Source: a virus (lineage: Duplodnaviria; Caudoviricetes). From it: a stretch of DNA of 37,118 bases. Positions within the stretch are counted from its first letter, which is position 1; each line of letters starts with the position of its first letter. Of the stretch, positions 18,092-26,965 are shown one piece after another. The notes under the pieces are model-generated. The model was not told the DNA's origin. It worked only from the letters and a program-made list of their open reading frames with translations, and made no database searches. The position numbers were made by a program, and so were the translations under genes. The stretch is from the IMG/VR virus record IMGVR_UViG_3300028633_000001, positions 1 through 37,118 of that record; one strand, given 5' to 3'.

Positions 18092-19488
18092 GCGTAAGCC
18101 GTTTGAGCGATATCTTCGCTCTCATATTCATCATCGAATGATCCGATCACCTGCGAGTAGTAATGCTTGCAGGTTTTTGGATCGAACTCGTCTTCAATAG
18201 CCTTCATCATATAACGAACCATATCGGCAAAGTGAGACTCGGACTTGTGTTCGGCACCAATGTAGTCACCAGTCTCCGGGTTCCACTTGCGCTTGTACTT
18301 GCGGAGCTTGCGGCGCAGCAACTCCGTGGTCTCGCTGTTCATCACCACCATGCGGCGGAACGCCGTCACCACCCTCTCGATTCCGTCATCAACGGGTTCG
18401 CGCTTCAGGATAGAACTATTAATCAGCCCTTCGTCTCGGAATTTTTCAATACGCTGAATAGCGTCAGAGTCGCGCACTGTCGTATCATGCGGGAAGAAAT
18501 GCCATGCGTAGTTGTATGGTTTTGTTTTAATATATGCCACTAATTGTTTGATCCCGATATCGCTCGTTTCATGGGCATCGATAATACGGACGACTGGTTG
18601 TTCACCGATCTTATAATATTGGAAGAAACCTATAGCGGTATTATCTGACATACCCCAGTCCCATACGGTAAAAACCGGGTAGTTTGGGTTGTATGGGAAA
18701 ACGCCAATTCGTCGTCGGTCTTTCATGAGAGCGAGTGCTTCGCCATAGTATGAAGTCTGTGATGTTTGTCCCCAGTCACATAAGAACTCCTGTTTGAACA
18801 TAAAATCTGAACCATGCTCTGCAATATATTCCTGTCTAACCTCTTCGAGTTCTTCATCAGTTAGATACTCAGTAGCGCGAACAATCGACGCGAATTGTCT
18901 AGGAATGATAGCCGAATTTTCTCCTTTTTCCCAAACTGCTAATGCTCTTTCAAAAAGCATTTGGAAGGTATAACCACTCGTGCCATCGATTTTCGGTGTC
19001 GATTGAACGATGATCTGACCACCGTTGACAGCGACAACAGGGCGGATGACGCCGAGGAGACCCGGCGGCAAGTCAACGAACTCAGATAGGATGTATAGCT
19101 TGGCGTTGGCACCGCGAAGCGCGTCGAGGTCGGTAGCGCCGAGCAGCGAGATCGTTGATCCGTTGATGAGCGTGATGCTCATACTGTCTTTGGTGCTTGA
19201 TTTACTTTTAATCAATCCCTCCGGTATACGGTCGAGAATTGGAATACCGTCATTATCAACCGCAGTCCAGAAGTTATCGAATCCTTGTTTTTTGGTTGGC
19301 CAAATGATGACAACGTTCATCGGTTGCTCGACCATTTTTCTTACACCATAACAAAATGCCGTGAGGTCTTTACCTCCACGACGCGACCAACACCAGATAG
19401 CAAGTTTTACTCCCGCATCTAGTGCTCGAATACCTTGTTCTTGATACCACCTTGCTTTAAAGTAGCGCGGAATTTGTATACCACTCAT
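18088..19488 (-). CDS. terL: Terminase large subunit
   Basis: RWYQ motif, Walker A WSRRGGKD, LRGANAKLYILSEF Walker B, QSTPK, nuclease WDWGMSDNTA and HFADMVRY. Confidence 0.93.
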   Translation of the reverse strand: MSGIQIPRYFKARWYQEQGIRALDAGVKLAIWCWSRRGGKDLTAFCYGVRKMVEQPMNVVIIWPTKKQGFDNFWTAVDNDGIPILDRIPEGLIKSKSSTKDSMSITLINGSTISLLGATDLDALRGANAKLYILSEFVDLPPGLLGVIRPVVAVNGGQIIVQSTPKIDGTSGYTFQMLFERALAVWEKGENSAIIPRQFASIVRATEYLTDEELEEVRQEYIAEHGSDFMFKQEFLCDWGQTSQTSYYGEALALMKDRRRIGVFPYNPNYPVFTVWDWGMSDNTAIGFFQYYKIGEQPVVRIIDAHETSDIGIKQLVAYIKTKPYNYAWHFFPHDTTVRDSDAIQRIEKFRDEGLINSSILKREPVDDGIERVVTAFRRMVVMNSETTELLRRKLRKYKRKWNPETGDYIGAEHKSESHFADMVRYMMKAIEDEFDPKTCKHYYSQVIGSFDDEYESEDIAQTAYA

Positions 19489-19494
19489 ATCACG

Positions 19495-19506
19495 ATGATA
19501 GCATAA
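19495..19506 (-). promoter_or_regulatory. Extended -10 promoter TTATGCTATCAT for leaderless terL
   Basis: 6 nt upstream of terL ATG; no SD. Confidence 0.65.
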
Positions 19507-19612
19507 ATACTATTGCGGAAAACACAATCGTCATACTATACTATGGTTAGCGATAGATATCTTAATCGATGGTGAATCGTCAATTTATTGAATCTTTTGG
19601 GGGTATAATTTT

Positions 19613-20452
19613 ATGGCTTACGGTACTCGTACCGCAAACATCATGGACAAGCCACTGAGCATAAGCTCGGTTTTTGCTCCGTATGTTGGCGATAATGGTT
19701 ACAAGCACGTTGATACTCAGACCGTTCGTGTTCTGAGTATCGCTAACGGCACAATTGCTGATTACAACGAGGCATCAGCGACAGCACCTTTTGGTTCTGC
19801 AACACTCGTCGTTCCTGATGAGCAACTGCTTACACTGGCTTATAACAAATCAATGCTTCTTCGTATCCAGAAAACTCAGATGCAGGATATTCCTGTTTCT
19901 CAGTTCTCTAAAGAAGTTGCGCTTCAGAACGCTGACGAAGTTTTCGTTCCAGCTCACGACGCCTACTCTCTTGCGAAACTTGTTGCAGCTCGCCCGGGTG
20001 GTAACAAAGTTATCTGGAATACGACTGCTGGTACGAATGACTTGAAGCTTCAGTTTGCTCGCTTCATCCGTAAAATCACGACTCAGGGTGGGAACATCGG
20101 CAGCGTGATCGCATGGGTAGCAAGTGATATCGCGGCTCAGGTTAGCGCTCTTATCAACTGGACTGGTTCTGATGCTGGTTACGGTGACGGCAAAAAGGGC
20201 TACCTCGGTACTCTTGCTGGCGCGAAAGTTGTTGAAGTTCCTGATGCTTACTTGGCTGGTGTCTACGCTGTCGCGGCTGACAAACGAGCGATCGTCTATG
20301 TTACGCCAAAAATGGATCCAAAGGGTGACGGCATGACTGTCATCGAAAAGGTTCCGGGCTTCGGTGGTATTGAGATTCAGCTCCGTGATCGTGGTGATAC
20401 GTTCGTCCTCAACAAAAAGGCACGCAACGTCGCAACACTGGAAGCAAGCTAA
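19613..20452 (+). CDS. Major capsid protein (HK97 fold)
   Basis: TVRVLSI...IADYN, LTLAYNKS, GYLGTLAGAKVVEV patterns; strong codon bias; strong terminator after. Confidence 0.85.
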   Translation: MAYGTRTANIMDKPLSISSVFAPYVGDNGYKHVDTQTVRVLSIANGTIADYNEASATAPFGSATLVVPDEQLLTLAYNKSMLLRIQKTQMQDIPVSQFSKEVALQNADEVFVPAHDAYSLAKLVAARPGGNKVIWNTTAGTNDLKLQFARFIRKITTQGGNIGSVIAWVASDIAAQVSALINWTGSDAGYGDGKKGYLGTLAGAKVVEVPDAYLAGVYAVAADKRAIVYVTPKMDPKGDGMTVIEKVPGFGGIEIQLRDRGDTFVLNKKARNVATLEAS

Positions 20453-20468
20453 TCGTTGTTTGAAAATT

Positions 20469-20503
20469 ATGGGACGTATCTCAATATACGTCCCATTTTT
20501 TTT
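20469..20503 (+). terminator. Intrinsic terminator after capsid gene
   Basis: 11-bp stem atgggacgtat/atacgtcccat followed by a T run. Confidence 0.9.
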
Positions 20504-20511
20504 GATAATGG

Positions 20512-20523
20512 TTGTGATATAAT
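20512..20523 (+). promoter_or_regulatory. Extended -10 promoter TTGTGATATAAT for tail fibre
   Basis: Identical 12-mer at 23153-23164 before endolysin. Confidence 0.65.
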
Positions 20524-20546
20524 CAAGATAAAATAGAGGGGGAAAA

Positions 20547-22313
20547 ATGGCTCTTGATCCAAAATATTTGAAAGCAAGTGATGGCACCGGTAGTGCTGTT
20601 TTGGCTCATATTACGACCAACCGTCTCCCCGGCGCAACCACTCTCAAGATTGATAACGTCGATAACTGGCCACCATTTTTTATCGCAACGAGCGGTGTTC
20701 TTGCATCCAATGGTTACATTACTGAGGCGAGTAAAAAAGAGTTTCGAGCCCATCTCTCGGGCGCTGACATTATAATCGATAGTTTTGAACCGGGGTTTAC
20801 TGACACGGGCAATACTAATACTGAGGTTGTTATTATCAAGCAAACGACTGGCTGGGCTGACGGTGTAGCCGATAATGTCCTTCAGCAAAATACTGATATT
20901 GCTAACTTCGTGACCGCTAATGCTGACTGGCGCACTAATCTTCCCGCCATTTCAAGCATCGTTGCCAATGGGAATCGTAACTATACTGTGACATTCGCAT
21001 CAACTGTTGCCGGATTGCTCTCCCCAAAGAATCGTCTTAGAACCACTCGTAGTATTTTGGCACCGACACAATCTACATTATTAAATGGTACTAACCAGTT
21101 CTTCAATCGTACAACTACTATCTCTGGTATGACTTTTACAGACGACTTTGTTGCAGGAGCTTGGATAAAAGTAAGCTCTTATCAAGACGCTAATATTATC
21201 TCGAGATACAACGGTACTAGCGGTTGGCAGTTCAGGCTTATTAGTACAGGTCAGGTTCAAATAATTGGGCGCAATGGGGGCGCGGGCAACAACTCCTATA
21301 TGAACAGTGTTCAATCAGTACCTCTTAATAAATGGGTACATGTTTCAGCTCAACTAGACATGTCAGCCTTTACGACTACACCAACAACCAGTTACGTAAT
21401 GATTGATGGAGCTGACGTACCCGTAACTATCGCGAGAGGCGGCACGAATCCGACAGCGATCGTGCAAGCTGGCAACCTTGAAGTTGGTTCTACTAATGGA
21501 GGTTCAGAATTATTTCCAGGGAAAATTGCTCAAACCTTTGTGTCGTCTGCCAAAATCACTCAGGCGAATGTCCGAAACATTATTTCTCAGGGTCTTACCT
21601 TGTCGGTCATTAATGCGAACGCGATCGTTTCAGCTTATAGTATGAGCAATGATTTCACTGATCTTAATACAGGAAATGCAAATAATCTCACGGCTCAAAA
21701 CGGTGCTACAGCAACTAATGCAGACGCTCCTTTTGGCGGGCAAGCAGATAGAACAATTTCTAACACGCTTGATTACGGTATCGTCCAAACTATTTCCGGT
21801 TCTGTCGCCAACGTGCAAGTTGCAGAAGGTTGTGCCTTCCCGACAACTGGCTCCGCAACAGCCGCATACTCTGTTGCGGATTCACCACTTGGCTTCCCGG
21901 GACAGAAGGAAAGGTGGCGAGTTTCGTCTATTAGTCTTACTGAGCAGTCATCGCCAAACGTTACTTCATGGACGAATATCGGTAGCGCCATCCTTGAACT
22001 ACCTATAGGCAGTTGGCTACTTGGCTATGAAGGCGCAACGTTCGCCAATCGAAGTGTCGCTGCACAATTGAACGTTTATATGACGTTATCGACAAGCCCC
22101 ACGGCTGCCAGCGACGGTCTCTTTACAACGAACGCAGGAGGTGCTTCAAACGTGTTTAGCATCTCGGGGTATGCAAATCGTGAACATGGGGTGGACGTAT
22201 CCACAGCCACTAAATATTACTTGAATCGTCGTGCAAATACTGCAAACGATAACGTATACAACAATTCAAGCGAAACACCGTCGCTAATCTATGCGGATAA
22301 CGCTTACCTATAG
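20547..22313 (+). CDS. Tail fibre / receptor-binding protein with LamG (concanavalin-like) domain
   Basis: F..GAWIK, PLNKWVHV, F.GKIA LamG-like motifs; T/S/N/G-rich. Confidence 0.78.
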   Translation: MALDPKYLKASDGTGSAVLAHITTNRLPGATTLKIDNVDNWPPFFIATSGVLASNGYITEASKKEFRAHLSGADIIIDSFEPGFTDTGNTNTEVVIIKQTTGWADGVADNVLQQNTDIANFVTANADWRTNLPAISSIVANGNRNYTVTFASTVAGLLSPKNRLRTTRSILAPTQSTLLNGTNQFFNRTTTISGMTFTDDFVAGAWIKVSSYQDANIISRYNGTSGWQFRLISTGQVQIIGRNGGAGNNSYMNSVQSVPLNKWVHVSAQLDMSAFTTTPTTSYVMIDGADVPVTIARGGTNPTAIVQAGNLEVGSTNGGSELFPGKIAQTFVSSAKITQANVRNIISQGLTLSVINANAIVSAYSMSNDFTDLNTGNANNLTAQNGATATNADAPFGGQADRTISNTLDYGIVQTISGSVANVQVAEGCAFPTTGSATAAYSVADSPLGFPGQKERWRVSSISLTEQSSPNVTSWTNIGSAILELPIGSWLLGYEGATFANRSVAAQLNVYMTLSTSPTAASDGLFTTNAGGASNVFSISGYANREHGVDVSTATKYYLNRRANTANDNVYNNSSETPSLIYADNAYL

Positions 22314-22794
22314 GGAAAAAGGGGTGGATAATCTGAACAAAAAAATTCAACATGCTAGGCCATTGCTCAAAATGGTAACGCCACTCTCTTACTGGATTAT
22401 TACGATCTATGCGTACTTTAATATCTTACTCGGCATGTCGCTCTTCATAGCAATTGACCAATCTCGAATAAGTTCACCTCTGTTAATCGTCAACGACATA
22501 TTAAATTACAAGGTATGGGGAACCGTTTTCATCTGTATCGGAATACTCAAACTTTATGCGCTACATACAAATAACTGGAACCTCAGCCGCAGGAGCCTCC
22601 TTGTAGGGGTGAGTATCAAGGCGGCGTGGGCGCTCGCGCTGCTCGTCCGCAGCCTCACCAGCCCGGGGACTTGGCTTATCACCATTATTTGGCTTGCTCT
22701 TGCAGCCATTCAGATAGTAACTTTTATATTTTTCATGCCACCGGCTGTAGCGTCCTACAAGCAAAGGAGAGAGGAGCGCAAAAATGCTCAGTGA
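22291..22794 (+). CDS. Membrane protein, about 4 TM (lysis cassette; start may be GTG 22324)
   Basis: Four hydrophobic stretches, basic C-terminus. Confidence 0.7.
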   Translation: MRITLTYREKGVDNLNKKIQHARPLLKMVTPLSYWIITIYAYFNILLGMSLFIAIDQSRISSPLLIVNDILNYKVWGTVFICIGILKLYALHTNNWNLSRRSLLVGVSIKAAWALALLVRSLTSPGTWLITIIWLALAAIQIVTFIFFMPPAVASYKQRREERKNAQ

Positions 22795-23149
22795 TGCAGT
22801 TCTGACCGCAATAATCTCGATGGTAGGCGGCATAATGATCGCCTACATTACTAATGTCGTTGCTAAAAAAGTTCAGGCCAAGAAAGCCGAGAAGCAACCG
22901 AAAGATCGCATGGAGCAGATGTTCGACGGTTATGAACGTCTTATCAAGCAAATGGCTGACGAGGACGAGCGTAAAGCCCGTATTATTCGAGATCAACAGG
23001 CGGAGATCGTTGAAATGAAAACTAAGCTGAATGAGATGGAAGATAATCTAGCGATTGCTCAAGAAGATTTAATTAAATCTCATGAATCAAAACAAATTCT
23101 TACTAAAGAGCTTGACAAGATGCGAAAAGAGTATCAAGGTATTAAATAA
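22784..23149 (+). CDS. Single-TM plus coiled-coil protein (holin-like)
   Basis: GAGGAG RBS; N-terminal TM then heptad-rich tail. Confidence 0.7.
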   Translation: MLSDAVLTAIISMVGGIMIAYITNVVAKKVQAKKAEKQPKDRMEQMFDGYERLIKQMADEDERKARIIRDQQAEIVEMKTKLNEMEDNLAIAQEDLIKSHESKQILTKELDKMRKEYQGIK

Positions 23150-23152
23150 TGC

Positions 23153-23164
23153 TTGTGATATAAT
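23153..23164 (+). promoter_or_regulatory. Extended -10 promoter TTGTGATATAAT for endolysin
   Basis: Same 12-mer as 20512-20523. Confidence 0.65.
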
Positions 23165-23194
23165 GACATTACTAAGCAAGTAAAGGGGTATATA

Positions 23195-23881
23195 ATGGCG
23201 CAAACTTTAGATCAATTCGTAAGCTATTGGACAGGACGTTATTCAGATTTTGACGGCTGGTATGGAAACCAGTGCGTTGACCTCTTAAATTACTACCAGC
23301 GTGATGTTATTGGCGGCTCATTTATTCCCGCCGAGGGTGCGAAAGACTGGTTCGAAGGCTTCCCTAGCGCAGCATCGAGCAAGTACGACAAAATCACTAA
23401 CAATATGAATGATCCGAATCAGCTCCCCGCCCGTGGTGACGTTATCATCTGGGGTGGTCGCTTGGCGGGCTCGGGTGGATACGGCCACATCGCCATCGTG
23501 CTCGCGGCTGACAAGAGCGGGTTCACTTCGTTCGACCAGAACTTCCCTACTGGCTCGCTGCCTCACCAGCAATGGCACAAATGGGACTCGAACGTTCTCG
23601 GTTGGCTCCATCCAAAAGCTAACAGCAATGTCAGCACACCCGCCCCTGTTCCAGCTCCGAGTCTTTACGTGCGAGTATTCGGTGATTATCGAACGCTTTA
23701 TCGCAACCCCGGGTCGGGTGCATTTCAACGTATTGCACCGAATCAGTTTGGTGGAAAAATTGATTATAAAGTGCTCGGACAGTCTGGTGATTATACGAAA
23801 ATTCATACTAGCTACTACGGCGATGCGTGGATTTTCACTGGCGCGAGCGTCGCTTCATTAACTCAGTTCTACAACGCATAA
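23195..23881 (+). CDS. CHAP-domain endolysin with C-terminal cell-wall-binding domain
   Basis: DGWYGNQCVDL, YGHIAIV, FDQNF catalytic motifs; Pro-rich linker. Confidence 0.92.
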   Translation: MAQTLDQFVSYWTGRYSDFDGWYGNQCVDLLNYYQRDVIGGSFIPAEGAKDWFEGFPSAASSKYDKITNNMNDPNQLPARGDVIIWGGRLAGSGGYGHIAIVLAADKSGFTSFDQNFPTGSLPHQQWHKWDSNVLGWLHPKANSNVSTPAPVPAPSLYVRVFGDYRTLYRNPGSGAFQRIAPNQFGGKIDYKVLGQSGDYTKIHTSYYGDAWIFTGASVASLTQFYNA

Positions 23882-23894
23882 AGGAGGTTACTAT

Positions 23895-24092
23895 ATGTCA
23901 CAGCCATACGATCAGCCAACGGCCGCACCGACTACGAAAGTCGCGAGCGGTGCGCTTGCAGGTGCAACAACAATCATTTTGGTCTTCGTAATTCAGTCAG
24001 CATTTAACGTTACTATTCCGGCAGAAGTCGCGTCGGCTGGAACGGTCATCGTATCGTTTCTCACAAGCTACTTCGTGAGGGAACAAAAATAA
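23895..24092 (+). CDS. Holin-like 2-TM protein
   Basis: AAGGAGG RBS; two hydrophobic helices; follows endolysin. Confidence 0.75.
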   Translation: MSQPYDQPTAAPTTKVASGALAGATTIILVFVIQSAFNVTIPAEVASAGTVIVSFLTSYFVREQK

Positions 24093-24262
24093 TGCTTGGC
24101 CGTTTAGCTTTCGCGATACTCTGCGGTATCATCGCAGCGTTCGTAGCAGCGATATTGATATTCAGTATCCCAAACGCAGCCGGTTTTGAATGGGCGATTG
24201 GTGTTATCGGTGTTTTAGTCGCAATCATAGTCTATGTGAGCCGACCTACACCTCATCTTTAG
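24092..24262 (+). CDS. 56-aa 2-TM membrane protein (MLGRLAFAILCG...RPTPHL); not in ORF track
   Basis: TAATG coupling; two hydrophobic helices. Confidence 0.72.
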   Translation: MLGRLAFAILCGIIAAFVAAILIFSIPNAAGFEWAIGVIGVLVAIIVYVSRPTPHL

Positions 24263-24288
24263 CCCAAAAACGCTATGTCGTAAAATAT

Positions 24289-24324
24289 AAAAATAGAGCC
24301 CTTCGGTGAGGAGGCTCTATTTTT
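24289..24324. terminator. Bidirectional terminator between convergent late and early blocks
   Basis: aaaaatagagcc...ggctctattttt inverted repeat with A/T tails. Confidence 0.85.
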
Positions 24325-24661
24325 ATGCTCCGATACCCATTTTCTTCATTTGAGCCTTGGTAAGTTTTTTCGTCAGTGGATTGAATGAACGTTGCGTCGT
24401 TATTTGATACTGAGGGATTTGGGAGGGTTTGCCGCCACAATTTGGGCACGCCTCCTCATCTGGTGTAGGATTCATATTTCGCAAAAAATTCCACCACTCT
24501 TTGCAATGGTCGCAGTAAGCGACGAGCTTATTTGCTTCTATATCGCGATGATTGTAACTTGTTCGATTTACGGCGGCCTTTGGCGGCTCGCTTTCGATAG
24601 AACTCTGCCCACTCTCTCCGTTCATTAGGATCGATATGAGCGAAGGGGTCTGATCTTGCAT
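24323..24661 (-). CDS. Zn-ribbon protein (CxxC...CxxC); start uncertain
   Basis: CDHC and CPNC motifs. Confidence 0.6.
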   Translation of the reverse strand: MQDQTPSLISILMNGESGQSSIESEPPKAAVNRTSYNHRDIEANKLVAYCDHCKEWWNFLRNMNPTPDEEACPNCGGKPSQIPQYQITTQRSFNPLTKKLTKAQMKKMGIGA

Positions 24662-24734
24662 CTGCTAACGCCTTTGCTTGTTTTAATGCTATTGCTTCCT
24701 TCATTGGATCGGGATGAGCCGGGATTTTAGTCAT
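24528..24734 (-). CDS. Hypothetical basic protein (start 24734 or 24779)
   Basis: AAAGGTGG RBS before MTKIP. Confidence 0.5.
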   Translation of the reverse strand: MTKIPAHPDPMKEAIALKQAKALADARSDPFAHIDPNERREWAEFYRKRAAKGRRKSNKLQSSRYRSK

Positions 24735-24769
24735 GACTATTCCACCTTTGAAAACTGGCCTGTAATACT

Positions 24770-24871
24770 CTAAAGACATCGCTCGCACCCGTCATATTCG
24801 TCAAAATAAAACTTATCTTGACTCACAACACGAGGCTTGAACCAATGCCCGTGTAAGATAAAATGCCACAT
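24770..24871 (-). CDS. 33-aa peptide MWHFILHGHWF...CERCL; not in ORF track
   Basis: AAGGAG RBS. Confidence 0.55.
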   Translation of the reverse strand: MWHFILHGHWFKPRVVSQDKFYFDEYDGCERCL

Positions 24872-24883
24872 ATAGTCTCCTTT

Positions 24884-24976
24884 TTAGTGAGCTATAAATT
24901 CTCGCCATTCGGGGGGAACAATCTCGACTGCAATAACTTGCTTTCGTGACGCGACCCGGGTGATCGTGATTTTCAT
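24884..24976 (-). CDS. 30-aa peptide MKITITRVASRK...FIAH, probably leaderless; not in ORF track
   Basis: TGGTATAAT (24985-24993) 8 nt upstream of ATG. Confidence 0.5.
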   Translation of the reverse strand: MKITITRVASRKQVIAVEIVPPEWREFIAH

Positions 24977-25000
24977 GTGCTCTTATTATACCATTAGCGG

Positions 25001-25039
25001 AAATAAGAAACTGCCGCTCGGTTGAATGAGGCGGCAGTT
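25001..25039 (-). terminator. Intrinsic terminator for minus-strand operon
   Basis: aactgccgc...gcggcagtt stem followed by U-rich tail on minus strand. Confidence 0.7.
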
Positions 25040-25054
25040 GCAAGCAAAGTGTCG

Positions 25055-25345
25055 TCAACCCGCAAGGGAGGACTCACTCATTTTACCACCATACCCATCG
25101 TCTTTCCACTTTTTGTAATCGACAAAAAGCTTCGTATCATCGATTTTGCCATTGCCGGTATAGTGTCTTTTTGCGTAAATATCCGCCATTTCCTGAAGAT
25201 ACTGATAAAACTCGTCGTCTGTCGCGAACTGCTCCCACGCTGCCGCCCGCGCTGGGCTCATGGTGATCGCTGGATGGGGCACGCTCCGGGGCACCACCGC
25301 GATCGAGTGCTTCCCGGAGCAATAGGTACCGCGAGCCTCGCTCAT
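25055..25345 (-). CDS. Hypothetical protein, 96 aa
   Basis: TAATG coupling to upstream gene. Confidence 0.7.
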   Translation of the reverse strand: MSEARGTYCSGKHSIAVVPRSVPHPAITMSPARAAAWEQFATDDEFYQYLQEMADIYAKRHYTGNGKIDDTKLFVDYKKWKDDGYGGKMSESSLAG

Positions 25346-25881
25346 TATCGGACGATGCGACTTTTATCGGGAATTTGTTTCTCTCCCCACCGCTTTTTCT
25401 CATTACCCGCAACACAGTACACTGTTTGAACGGTATCAGGGAGTTTGAGCTTCTTCGGATTGCTGATAACAATGTCGTAAGTACCTAGAACACCTTCGTT
25501 CAAAAGCCATTTCATAGCAATAAACTGATCGTGAGCTGGGTAGCCTTCACACCATGAATTGAGTTCCCATTCGGCGAGATCGGTTTCATCTTTTTCAAGC
25601 CGCTGGAACACGTAGGCGAGACGATCTATAAGCGTTTCGGTCTCTGTGCCAAACTCCCATTTTTCAGGTAATTTGAGCACTTCAAAACGATAATCACCTT
25701 TTGCCTTTTTCTTAATTGCTACATAACCGAGGTCTTCGGCTAAGTATGATGCTGCTTGAAAATCAAGTAGCGGGAAATCGAACATTTTGAATAGTTGTGC
25801 GGTTTTTGAACCCGCATATTCATTCGCTAGATACACGAATTTGTGCATATTTTGCATTGCTGATATTGGTTGATTAGGCAT
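25345..25881 (-). CDS. Hypothetical protein, 178 aa
   Basis: AAGGAGGGGG RBS. Confidence 0.8.
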   Translation of the reverse strand: MPNQPISAMQNMHKFVYLANEYAGSKTAQLFKMFDFPLLDFQAASYLAEDLGYVAIKKKAKGDYRFEVLKLPEKWEFGTETETLIDRLAYVFQRLEKDETDLAEWELNSWCEGYPAHDQFIAMKWLLNEGVLGTYDIVISNPKKLKLPDTVQTVYCVAGNEKKRWGEKQIPDKSRIVR

Positions 25882-25896
25882 ATACCCCCTCCTTTT

Positions 25897-26652
25897 TTAA
25901 TACAATCGAACGCGTGTAGGACTATGGAAATTATACACGTCTTCGATACTGCGTAATGTGTTGCGAACGGTGTTGCTCGCACTAAATGCTTCAACAGCGC
26001 CCTTGTGGTCGAGTTTCGCCATGAATCGATCGTAATCGAAATTTTCGTCAGCGTTCGGGTTATCCTTTGTTCGCATGAGCATAAGTAGCGACATAGCCAT
26101 AGGCGTATTCATAATGATATTGCCTTTTTCTCTGACCGCCTCAAGACGCTCGAGGTCTTTCAGTCCTTGTGCGTAATCGCTAATCTTAAACTCGCCACGG
26201 CGAAAATCTTCACTCATATTGTGCTTCTGGCCACCTGCGAGCACTTTCATAATGATTGCCGGAGCGATCCGTGGATATTTGCTGACGGCACGAATAAACT
26301 TGCCGTAATCCTCATATCCTGCTTCGGCATAGCTTCTAGCGAAGTCCATGAGCACCCAATGCTTTTGGGTAACGTTGATACTACGTGTCTCGTCGAGCGT
26401 GATGCCCTTCGCAACAATATAGTATATTGGTCGGCCGAGCTCTTGGGCGGCCTGACGACGGTGCTGGCCGTCGATTATGAAGTCATTCTCATTGACGAGT
26501 ATAGGATTGCCAGCAAATAAATGCGGATTAGCTTCCATCTCGCGCTTGAGACGTTTAACGTGATTGTAATCGACGGTACGGTTCCCCGCCATTAGTTTAA
26601 ATCTACTGTAGTCTTTTGTGACTTGAATTTGCGGGATGTTTTCTCCATCCAT
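25897..26652 (-). CDS. ParB/Srx-like N-terminal domain protein
   Basis: GNR.V...HV..L, PILVNE...IIDGQHR; GGAG RBS favours start 26652 over 26835. Confidence 0.8.
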   Translation of the reverse strand: MDGENIPQIQVTKDYSRFKLMAGNRTVDYNHVKRLKREMEANPHLFAGNPILVNENDFIIDGQHRRQAAQELGRPIYYIVAKGITLDETRSINVTQKHWVLMDFARSYAEAGYEDYGKFIRAVSKYPRIAPAIIMKVLAGGQKHNMSEDFRRGEFKISDYAQGLKDLERLEAVREKGNIIMNTPMAMSLLMLMRTKDNPNADENFDYDRFMAKLDHKGAVEAFSASNTVRNTLRSIEDVYNFHSPTRVRLY

Positions 26653-26794
26653 AATATTTCTCCAAACTTTGCTTGCTTTCTTATTAATAAAATCTTGGAC
26701 ACTGGGACGATTCGCTTGCGCGACTTCTTCCTCGTACGATAGTTTTCTATCTGCCGGTACAACCCACAGGCAGTCCCAACGTCGCTCAATGATA

Positions 26795-26960
26795 GGTGGT
26801 GCCGACGCGTCAGGGGAGGGAAGTTCTCTGACCATTCACGCCTCGGGGTTTGCGCGGAACCCGTCCAAGGCAAGCTTTTCCACTAGCTAGGCACTCAGGT
26901 TTGAACATAACTAGTATAAAGTTCTCTCCCTATCCCTCCGCCTACGTGTCGGCACCACCA
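26795..26960. ncRNA. Candidate structured non-coding RNA
   Basis: Perfect 12-bp terminal stem ggtggtgccgac/gtcggcaccacc extending to about 25 imperfect bp, with inner hairpins. Confidence 0.55.
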
Positions 26961-26965
26961 AATTT

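Noticed and set aside
20547-22313. Diversity-generating retroelement targeting the tail fibre
   Set aside because: No reverse transcriptase and no template/variable repeat pair noticed
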